Below are positions 61,221 through 64,000 of a stretch of DNA of 64,000 nucleotides, in pieces. The stretch lies in contig CAXXVS010000003.1 of assembly GCA_963674755.2 (NCBI GenBank), positions 64,001 to 128,000 on the forward strand, read 5' to 3'. The first letter of the stretch is position 1. Each line of letters starts with the position of its first letter. The DNA comes from Desulfobacterales bacterium (GTDB taxonomy: Bacteria > Desulfobacterota > Desulfobacteria > Desulfobacterales > UBA5852). The notes under the pieces are model-generated. The model was given only the letters and a program-made list of their open reading frames with translations. It had not been told where the DNA came from and ran no database searches. Both the position numbers and the translations under genes were made by a program.

Positions 61221-62567
61221 ATGACAGGCAAACCAAAAGGCAGCATCAAACTTTGGGTGGTTCTGGCCATGGCCGTCGTCGTTTACACGGCAGGCGCAGG
61301 CTTCCTGAAAGAACTCTCCGCCAGCAACGATGAGACCTACAAAGGGCTCAAGCTGTTCACGGATGTCCTCCAGATCGTCACGGAAAAATATGTGGATCAG
61401 GTCGATCCGAACGAATTGATCGTCAAAGGCATCCAAGGCATGGTGCACAGTCTCGATCCCCACTCCAGCCTGCTGCTGCCGGAGGCGTATGAAGACCTGC
61501 GCATCGATACCAAAGGAAATTTTACCGGCATCGGCATCCATATCACCCTGCGCAACGGTTTTGTGACGGTCATCTCCCCCATCGATGGAACACCGGCCTT
61601 CAAGGCCGGTATTCAGGCCCAGGACCGCATCATCAAGGTGGACGACACCCCGGTGGAGGATCTGCGCCAGGCCGTCAACCTGATGCGCGGGCCCAAGGGC
61701 ACTCCGGTCAAGGTCACGATATTGCGCAAGGACGTTCCGGAACCCCTGGAGTTTGATCTGGTGCGGGACGTCATCCCGGTGAAAAGCATCAAGGCCCAGA
61801 CCTTAAAACCCGGCTACGGCTATATCTGGATCACGAATTTCACCGGCAACACCACGGAAGACTTCCTGAACGCCCTGGAAAAGCTGGAGAGCGAAAACGC
61901 CCCCATGAAAGGGCTGGTGCTGGATCTGCGCAACAACGGCGGCGGGCTGCTGGAGGAATCCCTGCGCATCTCCGATATCTTTATCGACAAGGGCATCATT
62001 TTATCCATCAAGGGACGCGGGGAGGACACCAAGGAGTTTCCCGCCAAACCCTCGGCGGTCAAACGTGACTATCCCATCGTCCTGCTGATCAACGGCGGCA
62101 GTGCCAGCGCCTCCGAAATCGTGGCCGGCGCCATGCAGGACCACAAGCGGGCCCTCATCCTGGGCACCACCTCCTTCGGCAAAGGGTCGGTGCAGACCGT
62201 CGAGCCCCTGCGGGACGGCTACGGCCTGAAACTGACCATCGCCCGCTATTACACTCCCAGCGGGCGATCCATCCAGGCCAAGGGGATCGAACCCGATATC
62301 GTCGTGCCCTTCAAGCCCCTGGATGAAACCGCGGACCTCAACAGTGACGACGGCTTCGTCAAGGAAAGCGACCTCAAGAATCATCTCGAGGGCATGCCCG
62401 AAGGCGCGCAAAAACCCCAGGAGGAAAAAAAGCCGAAAAAACAAATCAAGAGCATGGAGTCCACCGTCAATCCGCTGGAACCCGACAGCTTGAAACGGGA
62501 CAATCAGGTCATGCGGGCCCTGGACATTCTGGTGTCCTACGATCTTTTCAAACACCTGGGCTCCTGA
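61221..62567 (+). CDS. ctpA: Carboxyl-terminal processing protease (S41)
   Basis: LDPHS, PDZ domain, LDLRNNGGG, SASASEIVAG and FGKGSVQ. Confidence 0.93.
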   Translation: MTGKPKGSIKLWVVLAMAVVVYTAGAGFLKELSASNDETYKGLKLFTDVLQIVTEKYVDQVDPNELIVKGIQGMVHSLDPHSSLLLPEAYEDLRIDTKGNFTGIGIHITLRNGFVTVISPIDGTPAFKAGIQAQDRIIKVDDTPVEDLRQAVNLMRGPKGTPVKVTILRKDVPEPLEFDLVRDVIPVKSIKAQTLKPGYGYIWITNFTGNTTEDFLNALEKLESENAPMKGLVLDLRNNGGGLLEESLRISDIFIDKGIILSIKGRGEDTKEFPAKPSAVKRDYPIVLLINGGSASASEIVAGAMQDHKRALILGTTSFGKGSVQTVEPLRDGYGLKLTIARYYTPSGRSIQAKGIEPDIVVPFKPLDETADLNSDDGFVKESDLKNHLEGMPEGAQKPQEEKKPKKQIKSMESTVNPLEPDSLKRDNQVMRALDILVSYDLFKHLGS

Positions 62568-62691
62568 CGCCTCCGGCAATGCATGACATGCGGCCGACCC
62601 GGCCCGGACTTCCGAAGTCCGGTAGCCGGTTCGGCCGCCGCCACCGCCGAACCAACCGCCTACCGGCCCGATCGGATCGAGAGTTGTCCCC

Positions 62692-63747
62692 ATGAGCGCC
62701 GCGAAGAAGAAAAAGAAACCTGCCGCTACCAAACGTAAACCAAGCCGCAAACCCCAGCGCCAGAGCGTGCCGCGCGGCACAGGCCTCAAAATCGCCATCG
62801 CCCTGATCCTGTTGACCGGCATCGTTGTGGGCGGCGGTTTTTTGCTGCACCGCTATCTGCCCCCGACGCCCGGCAAGGCCCCGGCGGTCCACCAGGCCAA
62901 AACCCCGGCGTCCCCTAAGAAGCCGGCGCCGGCGCCGGCTTCGCCAGCCCCCCAGCCTCCGCCGCCGAAAAAAACGGCGCCCGTAAAAACCAAAGCGCCG
63001 GTCTATGAAATATTTCCCGAAAAAGAGCCTGCCAATCGTGCCCGTACGCCGGTACCACCGAACCGGCCGACCACCGGGCAACCGCGCGTCGCCATCATCA
63101 TCGATGACATCGGCTATGATCGGGGGCTGGCCCACAAGTTCATGGCCTTCAAGGTGCCCCTGACCTTTTCGGTGCTGCCCGACAGCCCTTTCGGCGACAC
63201 GCTGGCCAGGGAAATCAAGGCCCAGGGCTTGGAACTGATGCTTCACCAGCCCATGGAACCCAAAGAATACCCGACTGCCAACCCCGGCCCCGGAGCCCTG
63301 CTGTCGGCCATGACCGCCGACGAACTCATTGCGCAGCTGGAGCGCAACCTGGACCGCCTGCCGGGGGTGAAGGGGGTCAACAATCACATGGGCTCCCAGC
63401 TCACCACCGAGTCCACCCGCATGTACCAGGTCTTATCCGTTCTCAAGAAGCGCAAGCTCTATTTCATCGACAGCCGCTCCACGGCGGATACCATTTGTCT
63501 CCCGTCGGCCCGCATGCTGCAGGTCCGTTTCGCCGAACGGGACATCTTCCTGGACCACTTCCAGAAGGCCGACTTTATCCGCAAGCAGTTCCGCCTTCTG
63601 GTCAAAGAGGCCCAGATGCACGGCCAGGCTGTGGCCATCGCCCATCCCCACAGCATCACGGTCAAGATATTTCGGGAAATCCTGCCCGAGCTCCAAAAGC
63701 AGGTCCAGCTGGTGCCGGCCTCGGAAGTCGTTCACATTTTGAGTTAA
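62692..63747 (+). CDS. Divergent polysaccharide deacetylase (YibQ family)
   Basis: TM helix, Pro-rich linker, AIIIDDIG, LHQPMEP, NNHMGS, FIDSRS and IAHP. Confidence 0.92.
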   Translation: MSAAKKKKKPAATKRKPSRKPQRQSVPRGTGLKIAIALILLTGIVVGGGFLLHRYLPPTPGKAPAVHQAKTPASPKKPAPAPASPAPQPPPPKKTAPVKTKAPVYEIFPEKEPANRARTPVPPNRPTTGQPRVAIIIDDIGYDRGLAHKFMAFKVPLTFSVLPDSPFGDTLAREIKAQGLELMLHQPMEPKEYPTANPGPGALLSAMTADELIAQLERNLDRLPGVKGVNNHMGSQLTTESTRMYQVLSVLKKRKLYFIDSRSTADTICLPSARMLQVRFAERDIFLDHFQKADFIRKQFRLLVKEAQMHGQAVAIAHPHSITVKIFREILPELQKQVQLVPASEVVHILS

Positions 63748-63785
63748 TGGACGCGTAGAATTCCGACAACCCTAAGGTGCTAATC

Positions 63786-64000
63786 AGTGTCCGTTCTTAA
63801 ACGGTAGGTTTTGGTTCCTGGTCCCGCCATACAGCGCGGGATTTCACGTCTGATCGGTAGCACATCGGTGTTCAACCAAGCGCAGCCGGGCGTCCCGCTA
63901 AGCGGGAATTCCCATCTGATGGGTTCTTCAACGGTGGGTGCCCACAGGCGTAGACCGGCTGCGCCGAGGACCGACAGGAGGCGCGAACGCCGGCTTGTCC
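63786..64000 (+). repeat. ERIC/MITE-like element, copy 6, with inserted short hairpins; truncated by window end
   Basis: AGTGTCCGTTCTTAAACGGTAGGTTTTGGTTCCTGG, then an insert, then CCCACAGGCGTAGACCGGCTGCGCCGAGGACCGACAGGAGGCGCGAACGCC. Confidence 0.75.

Noticed and set aside
62860..63080. Repetitive CCGGCG-rich stretch
   Set aside because: It encodes the Pro/Ala/Lys linker of the YibQ-family protein and is not a DNA repeat array.
1..64000. CRISPR array, tRNA, rRNA, prophage or selenocysteine read-through
   Set aside because: No spaced direct repeats, cloverleaf, phage genes or in-frame TGA continuation seen by eye. tRNAscan and Infernal were not run.

Overview
This window looks like core chromosome of a Desulfobacterota (Desulfobacterales-like, sulfate-reducer type) bacterium; the taxon is inferred from gene content and protein style. 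Gene order: cNMP-binding protein, comM/yifB, lpxC-DUF4390-NtrY/NtrX-like pair-rsmD-coaD-LysR, pcm, 5-FTHF cyclo-ligase, serS-thrC, TPR lipoprotein, decayed IS1182-family element, XRE-pilMNOPQ, a sigma-54 two-component pair, YfgM-like/PfkB/SH3 genes, a PflX-like radical SAM pseudogene, FmdB, recN, iorAB, rdgB, GTP-PEPCK, AmpG, DUF6178, then a minus-strand cluster of CooC/AcsF, Zn deacetylase, AcuB, PrmA-like methyltransferase, sirtuin, ferredoxin-less RACo and a degenerate FHA-GAF-cyclase. After that come acyl-CoA dehydrogenase-phasin-UbiB, a GAF sigma-54 activator, an MFS transporter, dnaJ, queD, pyrE and ftsEX-envC-ctpA-yibQ. I saw no rRNA, tRNA or CRISPR array. Most notable: (i) the lysine-modification cluster tied to Wood-Ljungdahl accessory factors; (ii) six copies of an ERIC/MITE-like intergenic hairpin element with covarying inner stems and strand-specific G-U pairs; (iii) an IS remnant flanked by a duplicated terminator hairpin; (iv) a sigma-54 promoter for lpxC; (v) an attenuator-like hairpin upstream of pyrE; (vi) a GC trough centred on the pil operon. 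Start codons were re-picked by eye, and family calls come from motif recognition, not database searches.
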